From positions 1 to 36,136 of the IMG/VR virus record IMGVR_UViG_3300011334_000166: 36,136 bases of DNA; one strand, given 5' to 3'. This stretch comes from a virus (lineage: Duplodnaviria; Caudoviricetes). Below the pieces are notes generated by a model that saw only the letters and a list, made by a program, of their open reading frames with translations, had not been told where the DNA came from and made no database searches. The stretch's first letter is position 1. Each line of letters begins with the position of its first letter. Positions 24,589 to 33,624 of the stretch are shown piece after piece. The translations under genes and the position numbers were made by a program.

Positions 24589-25003
24589 TATCGTAGGGGC
24601 CACCTTTGTAGGCGACAGCGTTGATGACGCCGCGCCGTCTGGTGGCGTGCTGTACCCGCCCTATGAAGCGCGGCCTGCAAATGACAACAACCCAAATGGG
24701 TGGTGGTTTGTGGCCAACAATGCGTTTAACACACTGTCGTTTATGTCAAAACGCGGCGCTGTATTTACAGACAAAGAAACCGCGCTGGCAATTGTTGAGA
24801 AATGGAACTCATTGCCCACGGGGACAAAGTTTGACATCCCGCCTGACCCGTATGTAGCGCCGCAATACGGCCAGTTGACGGATGCGCAAATGGCCAAGTA
24901 CGTGCGCAGCAAGCGGTTGGTAGGCGACCGTTGGGTGTCGCCAATTGTTTTGCCTGGTGGCCCGCAAAGCGGAGAAGCTATTGATGCCTACGTTGAAACT
25001 TAG
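24572..25003 (+). CDS. Hypothetical accessory protein (143 aa)
   Basis: MDGLVNIVGATF... with AAGGAG RBS; interposed between VRR-NUC and helicase. Confidence 0.65.
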   Translation: MDGLVNIVGATFVGDSVDDAAPSGGVLYPPYEARPANDNNPNGWWFVANNAFNTLSFMSKRGAVFTDKETALAIVEKWNSLPTGTKFDIPPDPYVAPQYGQLTDAQMAKYVRSKRLVGDRWVSPIVLPGGPQSGEAIDAYVET

Positions 25004-26342
25004 ACCCTATCAAGAGCAGGCCGCTGACTTCTTGTACGAGCACGACCGCGCCATGGTGCTGGCGCCTGTGGGTGCTGGCAAGACAGCGATCACGCTGACC
25101 GCCATGGACGCCATGATCAAAGACGGCCACGTCAAGCGCTGGTTGGTGGTGGCGCCCAAGCGCGTCTGTACCGACGTGTGGCCCATTGAGGCCGCCAAGT
25201 GGAGCAAGCAACTGAAGTTGGCCATTGCGGTCGGCACACCCAAGCAACGCAACGATGCGTTTAACAGCGACGCCAATGTCATCGTCATCAACTACGACAA
25301 CTTGCAATGGTTAGCTGATGTGTGTGGTGTAACCGGCGACGGCCTGTTGGTGGACGGCTTGGTGTTTGATGAGCTCACAAAATTAAAAAACCCATCAGGC
25401 GCGCGCTTCAAGGCGTTCGACAAGATCATCAAAGACGTGCCTATCCGCTGGGGCTTGACCGGCAGCTTTACCAGCAACGGCTTGGAGGACGTGTTTGGCC
25501 AGTGCAAGATCATTGACCTGAGCCTGCTGGGCCGCTCCAAAGGCGCGTTCATGCAGCAGTACTTTGTGCTGGTCAACAAAGACTTTGGCGAGTGGGCGCC
25601 ACGGGTCGGGTCGCTTGCCAAGGTCATGGACAAGATCAAACCGGCGACGTTTGTGTTGGAGCCAGGCGAATACAAAGACAAGCTGCCCCCGCTGCACGTC
25701 GTCGAGGTGCGTTGCGATTTGAGCGACCGCAAGCCCTACGAGAAGATGAAGGCCGACTTTGTGGTGGAGTTCCCTGACGCCAAGGCCATAGCGGCCAATG
25801 GGGGCGTGGTGACCGGCAAGCTGCAGCAAATGGCCAGCGGGTTCGTGTACGACACGCAAAAGCAAGCCTCCGAAACACCCGGCAAGTTTGACTCTACTAC
25901 AACTGCGGTGTGGTTTAGCCCGCACAAATTTGATCGCTTGGAGGAGTTGCTAGATGAGAACCAGCACGCAAATACCATCATTGTTTACCAGTACCAAGAA
26001 GAACTTGCCGAGCTTAAGCGCCGGTTCACTCCCACGACTCTTGACGACGACCGAGCCATCGAGCGATGGAATGCTGGACAAGTCAGGCTACTGGCCGTCC
26101 ATCCAAAGTCAGCCGGCCACGGGCTCAACCTCCAGCACGGGGGGTGTCACATGGTGTTTCTGTCCCTGCCGTGGAGTCTGGAGCTGTACGAACAGACCAT
26201 TGGTCGTTTGCACCGCTCAGGCCAAGCGCACGCTGTGTGGTGCTACGTGATGCTGACCAACAAAACGGTTGACGAAAAAATTTTTGCCGCCTTGCATGAC
26301 AAGCGGGCGGTGTCGGATATTGCAATGGAGGAACTTAAATGA
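24984..26342 (+). CDS. SNF2-family (SF2) helicase
   Basis: LRPYQ Q motif, PVGAGKT Walker A, VFDEL, GLTGS, AGHGLNLQ, QTIGRLHRSGQ; start at MPTLKLRPYQ after GGAG. Confidence 0.92.
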   Translation: MPTLKLRPYQEQAADFLYEHDRAMVLAPVGAGKTAITLTAMDAMIKDGHVKRWLVVAPKRVCTDVWPIEAAKWSKQLKLAIAVGTPKQRNDAFNSDANVIVINYDNLQWLADVCGVTGDGLLVDGLVFDELTKLKNPSGARFKAFDKIIKDVPIRWGLTGSFTSNGLEDVFGQCKIIDLSLLGRSKGAFMQQYFVLVNKDFGEWAPRVGSLAKVMDKIKPATFVLEPGEYKDKLPPLHVVEVRCDLSDRKPYEKMKADFVVEFPDAKAIAANGGVVTGKLQQMASGFVYDTQKQASETPGKFDSTTTAVWFSPHKFDRLEELLDENQHANTIIVYQYQEELAELKRRFTPTTLDDDRAIERWNAGQVRLLAVHPKSAGHGLNLQHGGCHMVFLSLPWSLELYEQTIGRLHRSGQAHAVWCYVMLTNKTVDEKIFAALHDKRAVSDIAMEELK

Positions 26343-26506
26343 CCAGACTAGACCTGTGGAAAGCGCAACTCAAAGCGGCGCGATCCATATTGAAAATTCA
26401 CCGCAAGGACGCCAACGCCGCTGCGCGTACGTTACAGCACACCATTGACTTGATAGCTAAACTGGAGACAAAAATTGGAAATCACTTGGCGAAAACTGAA
26501 CGCTGA
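26339..26506 (+). CDS. 55-aa helical hypothetical protein
   Basis: Hand-translated MTRLDLWKAQLKAARSILKIHRKDANAAARTLQHTIDLIAKLETKIGNHLAKTER; ATGA overlap, GGAGG RBS. Confidence 0.7.
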   Translation: MTRLDLWKAQLKAARSILKIHRKDANAAARTLQHTIDLIAKLETKIGNHLAKTER

Positions 26507-26666
26507 ACTCAAGACCCTGGACGAAGCCAAGGTGCTTGAGATGCTGACCCATGAACGTGAGTCAGGCAAAAGAGTGTCTGTGCTGGAGCGACTGCACCAG
26601 CGCTACACGGCCTTGCGGGCATCCCGCGAGCGTATTGAAATACTACAAGAGGCAAGACGACCATGA
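26475..26666 (+). CDS. 63-aa hypothetical protein
   Basis: TTG start after GGAG; LERLHQRY..LR..RER. Confidence 0.65.
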   Translation: MEITWRKLNAELKTLDEAKVLEMLTHERESGKRVSVLERLHQRYTALRASRERIEILQEARRP

Positions 26667-26857
26667 GTAATTGGACACCCCCACCCGGCACCAAGATTGT
26701 GATGCCAAGCGTGTTAATCACGAACGCCAAGTTCAAACCCACCCGAGGGTCAGATGTGCAATCGACCTGGCGCAAGCAGGGTTGGACTGCACCCAGCGCA
26801 GGCTTGCCCCCACCCCCACCTGAGAAGGTGGTCGAACCATTGCGCCGAGTGAGGTAA
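26663..26857 (+). CDS. 64-aa Pro-rich hypothetical protein
   Basis: ATGA overlap; DVQSTWRKQGW motif. Confidence 0.7.
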   Translation: MSNWTPPPGTKIVMPSVLITNAKFKPTRGSDVQSTWRKQGWTAPSAGLPPPPPEKVVEPLRRVR

Positions 26858-26860
26858 GCC

Positions 26861-27010
26861 ATGCCAGCATTTGACACATGGAGTCAGGAGAACCTGGCCA
26901 AGTTTGCTGCCGAAGCCTACGCCAAGATGCAAGAGCAAGACGACCGCATCCAGCAGTTGCAAAACGATTTGAAGACCGCCATTAACGCATACCGGGAGTT
27001 GATCAAATGA
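26861..27010 (+). CDS. 49-aa coiled-coil protein
   Basis: MPAFDTWSQENLAKFAAEAYAKMQEQDDRIQQLQNDLKTAINAYRELIK; GAGGT RBS. Confidence 0.7.
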   Translation: MPAFDTWSQENLAKFAAEAYAKMQEQDDRIQQLQNDLKTAINAYRELIK

Positions 27011-27165
27011 AAGACCCACAGGACTGCGCCTACCCACAAGAGGCGCTGTGCTTGCACGACTGCAAGCAAGAGTGCCAGAAGCGCTCTGGCTGGCGCAAAG
27101 TGCAAATCGACGACGCTGAGGAAGAGGCTTGGCGCGAACTGGAGAAGAAAAATGAAAGCACGTAA
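27007..27165 (+). CDS. 52-aa protein with four Cys
   Basis: MKDPQDCAYPQEALCLHDCKQECQKRSGWRKVQIDDAEEEAWRELEKKNEST; ATGA overlap. Confidence 0.65.
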   Translation: MKDPQDCAYPQEALCLHDCKQECQKRSGWRKVQIDDAEEEAWRELEKKNEST

Positions 27166-27304
27166 AGTATTCCACGCCTTGATGTCATCAAAGGGCTATA
27201 CCGACGCCGACTTGGCCATGACAGGTGACAAGTACAACAACCAGGCTATGCAAGGGCGATGGAACTATTTCCTAGCCGGCTGGGAAATGCGAGGTGTGAT
27301 GTGA
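27152..27304 (+). CDS. 50-aa hypothetical protein
   Basis: MKARKVFHALMSSKGYTDADLAMTGDKYNNQAMQGRWNYFLAGWEMRGVM; GGAG RBS. Confidence 0.65.
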   Translation: MKARKVFHALMSSKGYTDADLAMTGDKYNNQAMQGRWNYFLAGWEMRGVM

Positions 27305-27405
27305 TCGAAACCATACTTGCCGTATTTGCGGTTGGATTCCTTGGCATTGCCGTGGGCGTCGGCGTGATCTGCCTGATGGTCTGGATGGCGCTCAATGAAG
27401 ACTAA
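27301..27405 (+). CDS. 34-aa membrane peptide
   Basis: GTG start, IETILAVFAVGFLGIAVGVGVICLMVWMALNED; GAGGT RBS, GTGA overlap. Confidence 0.6.
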   Translation: MIETILAVFAVGFLGIAVGVGVICLMVWMALNED

Positions 27406-27568
27406 AGGCGGCGCCAGGCCAGGCAGCGGGCGCAAGCCCACACCCATCAGCGAGTCCAGAGCCATAACGCTGTGGAACGAAGGCGTCACCAAGAAAGAAA
27501 TCGCCAAGCGTTTTGGCGTGGACTACGCGGTGATCTTGTACTTTTTTAGAAAAAAGTTTAAGAGATGA
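27395..27568 (+). CDS. 57-aa HTH DNA-binding protein
   Basis: MKTKGGARPGSGRKP (AT-hook-like arm) then GVTKKEIAKRFGVDYAVI helix-turn-helix; 3' end overlaps the endolysin 3' end. Confidence 0.7.
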   Translation: MKTKGGARPGSGRKPTPISESRAITLWNEGVTKKEIAKRFGVDYAVILYFFRKKFKR

Positions 27569-28034
27569 ATAACGCGGCTTCGTCTTTGCGGCGGTTCTCA
27601 AGACCTTTGAGCACCTTGCCGCCAGCCTTGCAGTATTGCAACAGCGACGCTATGGCCGCGTCTTTTTCCCCGCGAAGAACCTTTTGACGGAAGGTGCTGC
27701 GCTGTAGCGTTCCCAGACCAACATTGAAAGCAAAGCTGACGCAAGCATCGAATTGGCCTTGGGTAAGTTTGACAGATATAAGTTGCTCCACACCGCGCTC
27801 AAAGCGCTGTAGATCGCTTCTGAGAATTCCATCTACTTCGTCCTTTGAAAACGTTCGGTTATCTTCTGGGCGTAACGGGTAAGCGCCTCTTTGATCCATT
27901 GGTATCTTAGCTTGGTCTGGGTAAAGTACATGTCCGACTCCTATTGTCCAAAGCTGCGCTGGGCACCGATACGCTTTGTACCTGATGCCCTCATGGTGCT
28001 GGATCATCTTGATCGCATCAGCGCTGACGTTCAT
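27558..28034 (-). CDS. Endolysin, GH24 lysozyme
   Basis: 158 aa; HEGIRYKAYRCPAQLWTIGVGH catalytic region, QFDACVSFAFNVG, GLENRRKDE. Confidence 0.92.
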   Translation of the reverse strand: MNVSADAIKMIQHHEGIRYKAYRCPAQLWTIGVGHVLYPDQAKIPMDQRGAYPLRPEDNRTFSKDEVDGILRSDLQRFERGVEQLISVKLTQGQFDACVSFAFNVGLGTLQRSTFRQKVLRGEKDAAIASLLQYCKAGGKVLKGLENRRKDEAALFIS

Positions 28035-28540
28035 TTCGACTTAAATGCTTGGCCGCCAAACCAAAAGCTCACAATACACGCCCAAATGATCTGGGTCTCA
28101 TCGTCCCACAGGTGATTGAGCGCCACATCAAAGGCCACGTCTGTGTGCCAAGCGTAATAAAAACCAAAAATCTCCACGAACATGAACATGGCAAACATGC
28201 CGTAGGTGATGACGCTACGAGTCGCTGCGCGCATGTTGGTCACCCATTGAGCCGCTCCCTGACCCAGCGCAATATCGTGCGCATAGAGCGCCTGGCGCTC
28301 TTGCATGGCCGTCTGGTTGTTGGTGACCTCGGCGTTGATCTGAATCTGTTCGGTCTGGATGTGTTCGATGCGCTCTTGCGCTTCCAAACCAGCTTTCTTT
28401 AAGGTCAGCTCGCGCTCGGTTTGCATGGCGGCCAGCGCCAGCTCATGCTTCTTGTCGGCGCGGTCTTGGAATAGCTCAAGGATTTTGGGCAAACCGCCCA
28501 TGAGGAAGCTGATAAGGGATGAGAACAGGGTCAGCATCAT
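28031..28540 (-). CDS. Putative holin (3TM type)
   Basis: 169 aa; hydrophobic N-terminus, DKKHEL, two C-terminal TM segments ending FWFGG; directly upstream of endolysin. Confidence 0.65.
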   Translation of the reverse strand: MMLTLFSSLISFLMGGLPKILELFQDRADKKHELALAAMQTERELTLKKAGLEAQERIEHIQTEQIQINAEVTNNQTAMQERQALYAHDIALGQGAAQWVTNMRAATRSVITYGMFAMFMFVEIFGFYYAWHTDVAFDVALNHLWDDETQIIWACIVSFWFGGQAFKSK

Positions 28541-28878
28541 TTTTCCTTTATGCGGTGGACAACACTGAGTTTTTCTTCCAAGATGGCAATGTGCATTCGG
28601 TTGACTTGGATGTCATCGCGGTTTTTTTGGATTTCTTTTTCTAAGTCTTGGCGTAGTTTTTCACGGGCTAATTCAGCGCCTGAGTTAACCGCTTGTCGGT
28701 TGTCGCTGGTCACCACCAAGCTGATTTTGCTGTTTAGGACGGTGACTTCATGTGACAAATTAGACAGTGCCGACATCAGGTAAACCACACAGGAAAACAA
28801 CAAAGGCAACAATGCAAACGTAATCTTCTCAATTAGAGCGCTTTTGCTTTCCATGGCTTGAATTTTTTCCTCGCTCAT
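28537..28878 (-). CDS. Single-TM coiled-coil protein in lysis cassette
   Basis: 113 aa; ITFALLPLLFSCVVYLM then heptad-rich region. Confidence 0.6.
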   Translation of the reverse strand: MSEEKIQAMESKSALIEKITFALLPLLFSCVVYLMSALSNLSHEVTVLNSKISLVVTSDNRQAVNSGAELAREKLRQDLEKEIQKNRDDIQVNRMHIAILEEKLSVVHRIKEK

Positions 28879-29099
28879 TTGTCAGCCTTGTTGTCGAGCT
28901 TGTCAAAAATCTTGCCCAGCATCTCGCGGATGTCGCGGATGTCGGCTTTGTAGTCGTCTTTGCTTACGTAGTTGTAAGGCATGTTGCGCACGTCGCCGTC
29001 CAGCCGGTCGATGGCGATGTAGATGCGGTTGAGCGTCCACCCGCCGAAGAATCCGGCGATGGCCACGGCGATGTTGAAGAGTACTTGGTAGTCCATCAT
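28875..29099 (-). CDS. Single-TM coiled-coil protein (holin/lysis accessory-like)
   Basis: 74 aa; VLFNIAVAIAGFFGGWTL then YVSKDDY...IFDKLD. Confidence 0.6.
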   Translation of the reverse strand: MMDYQVLFNIAVAIAGFFGGWTLNRIYIAIDRLDGDVRNMPYNYVSKDDYKADIRDIREMLGKIFDKLDNKADK

Positions 29100-31561
29100 T
29101 GTGCCAAAGCGTTTTGGTTTTCCGACGCTGGAGCCAAGGCGTTGGTTGGTGCTTGAGGCATTACTGTTGCGCGAGCCGCAGCCGCACCAGCTTTGCCAAA
29201 CTTAGAGGGGTCAGTCAACATGCGCAGCACGCCAGCACGTTCTGACGCAGGCAGTGTATTGAGCATTTCTAGCGCGGTTTTGCCAGACACCATGCCCTCG
29301 CGCAATTTAGCCGCGATTTTTGGCCCGATCAAACTTTCCAACTGATCTGAAGTAAGGTTGGCAAACGTGACTTTTGCGTTGAGCGTGTTACGAAGGCGCG
29401 GAAAAGTCCTGCCGGCGCGTTCAATAACATCGGCAAATGCTTCTTGGCCCAGACCCGCAGCTTCTTTCATTGCCTCTTTAGTTTCAATGCTAGTGGCAAG
29501 TTTTTCTAGCGTAGGCATTTTACTGCCCATCTCTTTAAAGATGTCGTAGCTGCCCGGGCCAAAAATAGCCTCCACGGCATCTGGATTGTTACCCCGTACC
29601 AGACGAACATATTCCTGTGGGGAATCTTTAAACAACTTGGCTGCTTGCGCTGCCATAGCCTTTTGGTCAATCGCTTGCATGTTTTGCGAATACGTCTTGA
29701 GGTAGTCGCGCCACCCAGTGCCGCCTGCCCTTTCAATTGCGTCGTCAATCAGCGGGCGAACTTCTTGGAGCACGCTGCGCGTCACTTTGGCGCTGACCTT
29801 TGGGTCAGTCTGGCCAAGAATCTGCATGATGCGCTCGTTGATGCCTACTTTGCGCAACGTGTACAAGTCATGCGCATCAATGACGCCGCCGCCTTTGGCC
29901 GTCAAATTGGCAATGTCGCCTTTGACCGCTTCTAACACTTTAACCGTGTTTAAACTAGCACGAAGCCCTGGCGCTGCAAGTTTGGAGTCAATAGCCGAAG
30001 TGATACTGTTAGCGTCCAAAGGGCGCAAACCATAGTCTTCTAAGCTGCCAATCTGGCGCTCCAAAAAGCCCGCTTCAGCGCGGCGCTGTTTGGCAATATT
30101 TGCAAAGATGTCAGACGTTTCTTGCCATTGTTCGGATACAAACTGGTTAGCACCTCCAACCCGTCGGTCATTTACGCCGGGAATGGTTGGTTCTGAAACA
30201 CCACCGCGAGCAGCTTGAGAGCGCGCAACCATTAGTCGTCCAGCGGCGGCTTCTGCAGCATTTGATCGTTGCAATGCTTCCGTGCCCGCATGAATGCCGG
30301 ATACGCCGGGCGCTGGAGTGCCCGCCGCACCAGAAGGCAAGTTTGCAGGCATTCCTTCGCGCAGCGCGTTTATCATGGACGCTTGGCGCTGTTGCGCTTG
30401 CGGTGCCAATTGGTTGATTGTTTGCGCCGCTTGATTGGCCGCGCCCAACTCAACATTACGCATGTCTTGCGTCAGTTGGTTCAATCGTTTAATTGACGCC
30501 TCATACGCTGACCGTGCTTCAGTTTCGTTGCCGCCTTCGGCCATGCGTTGCAACACTGCAATATCATCTGCGGCTTGTTGTTTGAGCTTTAACGATATAT
30601 CGTCTGTTTTGCTTGCAAACGCGCCCAAGGCTTGAAACGCATTTTTCTGTACGCCAGCCGCAGCCTGTGCGGCAGTCAAGTCATCTGGTGCAGCGGCAAG
30701 AGCTGCGCGAATAGCCCCGATGCGGTCACCGGCCACTTCGCGGGAAATTTTGCCTGCTTTGACTGCGGCAAGTTGGCCAGTAAAAGCGTCTTTGAGAAAC
30801 CCCGCACCTTTTGCAAGCGCGCCAACAACCGGCGGGGCGACAACGGCCAACGCTGCGCCAGTAGCTGCACCTGTTTCAGCTTCTTCGGGGTTAACTAGCG
30901 CAGCAGTAGTACCACCTGTAATAGCCCCGCCCGCAGCCCGAATACCTAAGTCAGCCGCCCGCGTTGCAATCGGCGCGCCTTTTTGTACGGCTTGACCAGT
31001 TGAAAAGCCGCCAGTGCGGATGGCTTGCGCCAACGGCGCAGCCGCCGGCGCAACTTTTCCCACTACAGCGCCAAGCCCCGCACCTACAGGATACGTTGCG
31101 GCAACTTCAGCCGCCAACTCGCCCGCCCCGGTAGAAGTCGGATATTCTTCTTTAAACGGTGCAACGCGCGCTTGTGCTTCCGCTTGACGGCGCAACGCAT
31201 CCTCAACCAAAGCGCGTCCCGCGTTTGTAGCACCTATCTTTTCCAGCCCCATACCCAACAAGCGTTGGCCGCCAAACATGACGTTGCCGCCGCCGCTGAT
31301 AATGCCTTCTGACGCTGCTTGGAGTGGCGCGCCTATCTGTTCCAGTACCCCTAGAACCCCGGTCAATTTAGGTTGCGCAGGTGTACGGGGGCCGGGCATG
31401 CCCGTGCCACTTGGCGCAACAGGCGTTAACCCAACTTTGGCGTCAAAAGTTGCACGGGGGATATCAGAATAGAATTTTTTGTACAGCGCATCAGCCAAAA
31501 CCGCATCGGGCATATCTGCATATTGCGGGTATTGTGTGCGAATTTCAGCTATTGTGGCCAT
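29096..31561 (-). CDS. DNA ejection protein (gp16-position analogue)
   Basis: 821 aa, Ala/Gly-rich helical; IRTQYPQYADMPD..LADALY N-terminus; third of three ejection-like genes. Confidence 0.7.
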   Translation of the reverse strand: MATIAEIRTQYPQYADMPDAVLADALYKKFYSDIPRATFDAKVGLTPVAPSGTGMPGPRTPAQPKLTGVLGVLEQIGAPLQAASEGIISGGGNVMFGGQRLLGMGLEKIGATNAGRALVEDALRRQAEAQARVAPFKEEYPTSTGAGELAAEVAATYPVGAGLGAVVGKVAPAAAPLAQAIRTGGFSTGQAVQKGAPIATRAADLGIRAAGGAITGGTTAALVNPEEAETGAATGAALAVVAPPVVGALAKGAGFLKDAFTGQLAAVKAGKISREVAGDRIGAIRAALAAAPDDLTAAQAAAGVQKNAFQALGAFASKTDDISLKLKQQAADDIAVLQRMAEGGNETEARSAYEASIKRLNQLTQDMRNVELGAANQAAQTINQLAPQAQQRQASMINALREGMPANLPSGAAGTPAPGVSGIHAGTEALQRSNAAEAAAGRLMVARSQAARGGVSEPTIPGVNDRRVGGANQFVSEQWQETSDIFANIAKQRRAEAGFLERQIGSLEDYGLRPLDANSITSAIDSKLAAPGLRASLNTVKVLEAVKGDIANLTAKGGGVIDAHDLYTLRKVGINERIMQILGQTDPKVSAKVTRSVLQEVRPLIDDAIERAGGTGWRDYLKTYSQNMQAIDQKAMAAQAAKLFKDSPQEYVRLVRGNNPDAVEAIFGPGSYDIFKEMGSKMPTLEKLATSIETKEAMKEAAGLGQEAFADVIERAGRTFPRLRNTLNAKVTFANLTSDQLESLIGPKIAAKLREGMVSGKTALEMLNTLPASERAGVLRMLTDPSKFGKAGAAAARATVMPQAPTNALAPASENQNALAQ

Positions 31562-32922
31562 TATCTAATTCCTAAAGGATCGGCAGCAGCGCCGCCAGCC
31601 GCAGGTGCGGTTTCTCCACCAGACCTACCCGCCATTTTTTTGGCGCGCTCTACGCCCGTGCGCACAATGTCTTGGAATTCGCGAGCCGCAGTAACAAACT
31701 CTTTTTCGCTTTGGGCCAAACCCATGCGGTTAAGCGCTGCGGTACCTTTTTCACCTTCAGGTTGTGTAATTGAACCGCCGCCTTTGAGCGTTTCAAACGC
31801 TTGCAAAAATGCGCCGCCTTTGATTTGGTCAAAACGGGATTGGAAGTCAGACTCATCCGTGCCGGGGATAAACCGCAACGGAAGCCCAGCGCCCACGGCG
31901 TTTGCAAATCCGGGATGCGGTTTTGCACCTTTAAGCAAACTTCCCTTGTCATCACGTTTACCAATAAGCGCATCAACGTCAGCAAGCGTTTGCGCTGCGG
32001 TATCCAAAACCTTGGGCAGTTGCGTTTCGCGCAATACTTTGTCTTGCCCCATTTTGGCCCCAAAAGCTCGGGCGTCGGCCATTTGCTGTTGAAACATGGG
32101 GTCAGCCGCACGACGTTGGTCTTCTTGCCGTAACTTAAGATTTTGCAACTCGCGCGCATCAGCAAGGTCTTGGCCCCGTACGGTAATGTCTTGGCCCCGT
32201 CTTGCGGTTGTAGCGCCGATGTCTTGGCCGCGCATGGTAGTCGTAGCGCTAAGAACGTCGCTTGGTGTGGCTTGCATTTGAATAGGCGCGCGCACGACTT
32301 GGCCAAAACTTGGTAGGCGTGGGTTGCTTTCTTCAAGCCATTTGCGTTGGCCGTCAGATCGCTCAACAGGCTTAGACTCAAACAAGGCCATCAACTCTTT
32401 AGATTGAGCGCCTTGTGCAGCCATGTAGGCTTGACGTTCTGGCACAGGCATGCCCAATAATTGTTTGGCTTTGGCCGCAGCTTCTTCTGGCGACATCAAT
32501 TTTTGAATGACTGCGTCTTGGCTAAACGCAACGATGTTTTCGTCCGAAGGGTTTAGCGACAAATCCCGCAGCGCTTGCATACCAAAGTCACGTTTTTGTT
32601 TGTAAATTTTTTGTTGCAATTCTTCGCGGGTTAAATTTGCGGTTTGCTGTTCTGACAACAATTTAGAATACGATAACCCTGTTTTACCAAACCCCATCAA
32701 TTTGTTTTGCGATTCTGGCGAAGCTAAATCTGGGTTTTCAGCAAAATAGTTTTTAACTGCAACTTCTTCTTCAGCCGCGCGTTTTGCCGCGTCTACTTGC
32801 AACGTTGCCAATTCATTTTGCTTTTGTGCGTTTTGAATTTGCGAGAATTGCGCGTATTGAGCCAACGGGTTGTCAAGCTGAATAGGGCGACCGCCCATTG
32901 CGATGTTTGGGTTGATCGGCAT
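31561..32922 (-). CDS. DNA ejection protein (gp20-like)
   Basis: 453 aa, Gln/Ala-rich, three RGQD repeats, AFLQAFETLKGGGSITQPEG. Confidence 0.7.
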   Translation of the reverse strand: MPINPNIAMGGRPIQLDNPLAQYAQFSQIQNAQKQNELATLQVDAAKRAAEEEVAVKNYFAENPDLASPESQNKLMGFGKTGLSYSKLLSEQQTANLTREELQQKIYKQKRDFGMQALRDLSLNPSDENIVAFSQDAVIQKLMSPEEAAAKAKQLLGMPVPERQAYMAAQGAQSKELMALFESKPVERSDGQRKWLEESNPRLPSFGQVVRAPIQMQATPSDVLSATTTMRGQDIGATTARRGQDITVRGQDLADARELQNLKLRQEDQRRAADPMFQQQMADARAFGAKMGQDKVLRETQLPKVLDTAAQTLADVDALIGKRDDKGSLLKGAKPHPGFANAVGAGLPLRFIPGTDESDFQSRFDQIKGGAFLQAFETLKGGGSITQPEGEKGTAALNRMGLAQSEKEFVTAAREFQDIVRTGVERAKKMAGRSGGETAPAAGGAAADPLGIR

Positions 32923-32931
32923 GATCTGTCC

Positions 32932-33624
32932 TTATGAACGAATAGGTAGGCTGTTAAGATACTGCTGGCCACCGTAAAAGTTTATCCCCGAACCTATTGC
33001 GCTAGTCAACGCATTTGATTCGCCCAGATACCCAGACGCCCGCGCATTTGCGGCGCCGGTAATGTTTTCGCCTAGTTGAGCGCCTAGATTGCCCGCCGCG
33101 CCGGTCAACGTATTAGCAGAACTTTGCGCTTGACCGGTCAAACTTTGGAGCGGGTTAATTAACGCCGCGCGTTCGATGTTATATCTGTTAAAAGCATTTC
33201 CATATTCTTGTGACCCATAGTCTTGCCCAAAGCGTTGCGCAGCTTTTAACGCCCCGCCTGAAACTACGCCGCTTCGCACCGCCGCGCTTCGCCCCAATGC
33301 TTTTTCGCCTTCCGCTAATCGGAACGCATACCCAGGGTCTTTATACATGTCAGCCTCACTAAACGGTTTGGCCGCGCTGCCGTAGCCTTGCGCGCCCGTG
33401 CGTCCGCTCAGCCCTAACAAGTCCATCAGCCGATTTTGACCCGTTAAGCCCGCTTCGCGAAACGGTGCTTGAAGCTCAACTTGTTTGTTAAAAATGTCTT
33501 GTTGAACTTGTGAGGCTCGTTCTGAACCTTGCACTTGCGCGTCCGCAGCTTGGCTGGCCGCTTGTTTACCTGTGTATGCGCTATATGCCAAAGCGCCGCC
33601 TACGGCAACCATTCCCCATGTCAT
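32932..33624 (-). CDS. DNA ejection protein (gp7-like)
   Basis: 230 aa; QAPFREAG, DPGYAFRLAEG, SGGALKA, SQEYGNAFNR. Confidence 0.8.
   Translation of the reverse strand: MTWGMVAVGGALAYSAYTGKQAASQAADAQVQGSERASQVQQDIFNKQVELQAPFREAGLTGQNRLMDLLGLSGRTGAQGYGSAAKPFSEADMYKDPGYAFRLAEGEKALGRSAAVRSGVVSGGALKAAQRFGQDYGSQEYGNAFNRYNIERAALINPLQSLTGQAQSSANTLTGAAGNLGAQLGENITGAANARASGYLGESNALTSAIGSGINFYGGQQYLNSLPIRS

Noticed and set aside
32160-32235. RGQD tandem repeats as a DNA-level repeat element
   Set aside because: In-frame protein repeats of a kind seen in podovirus ejection proteins
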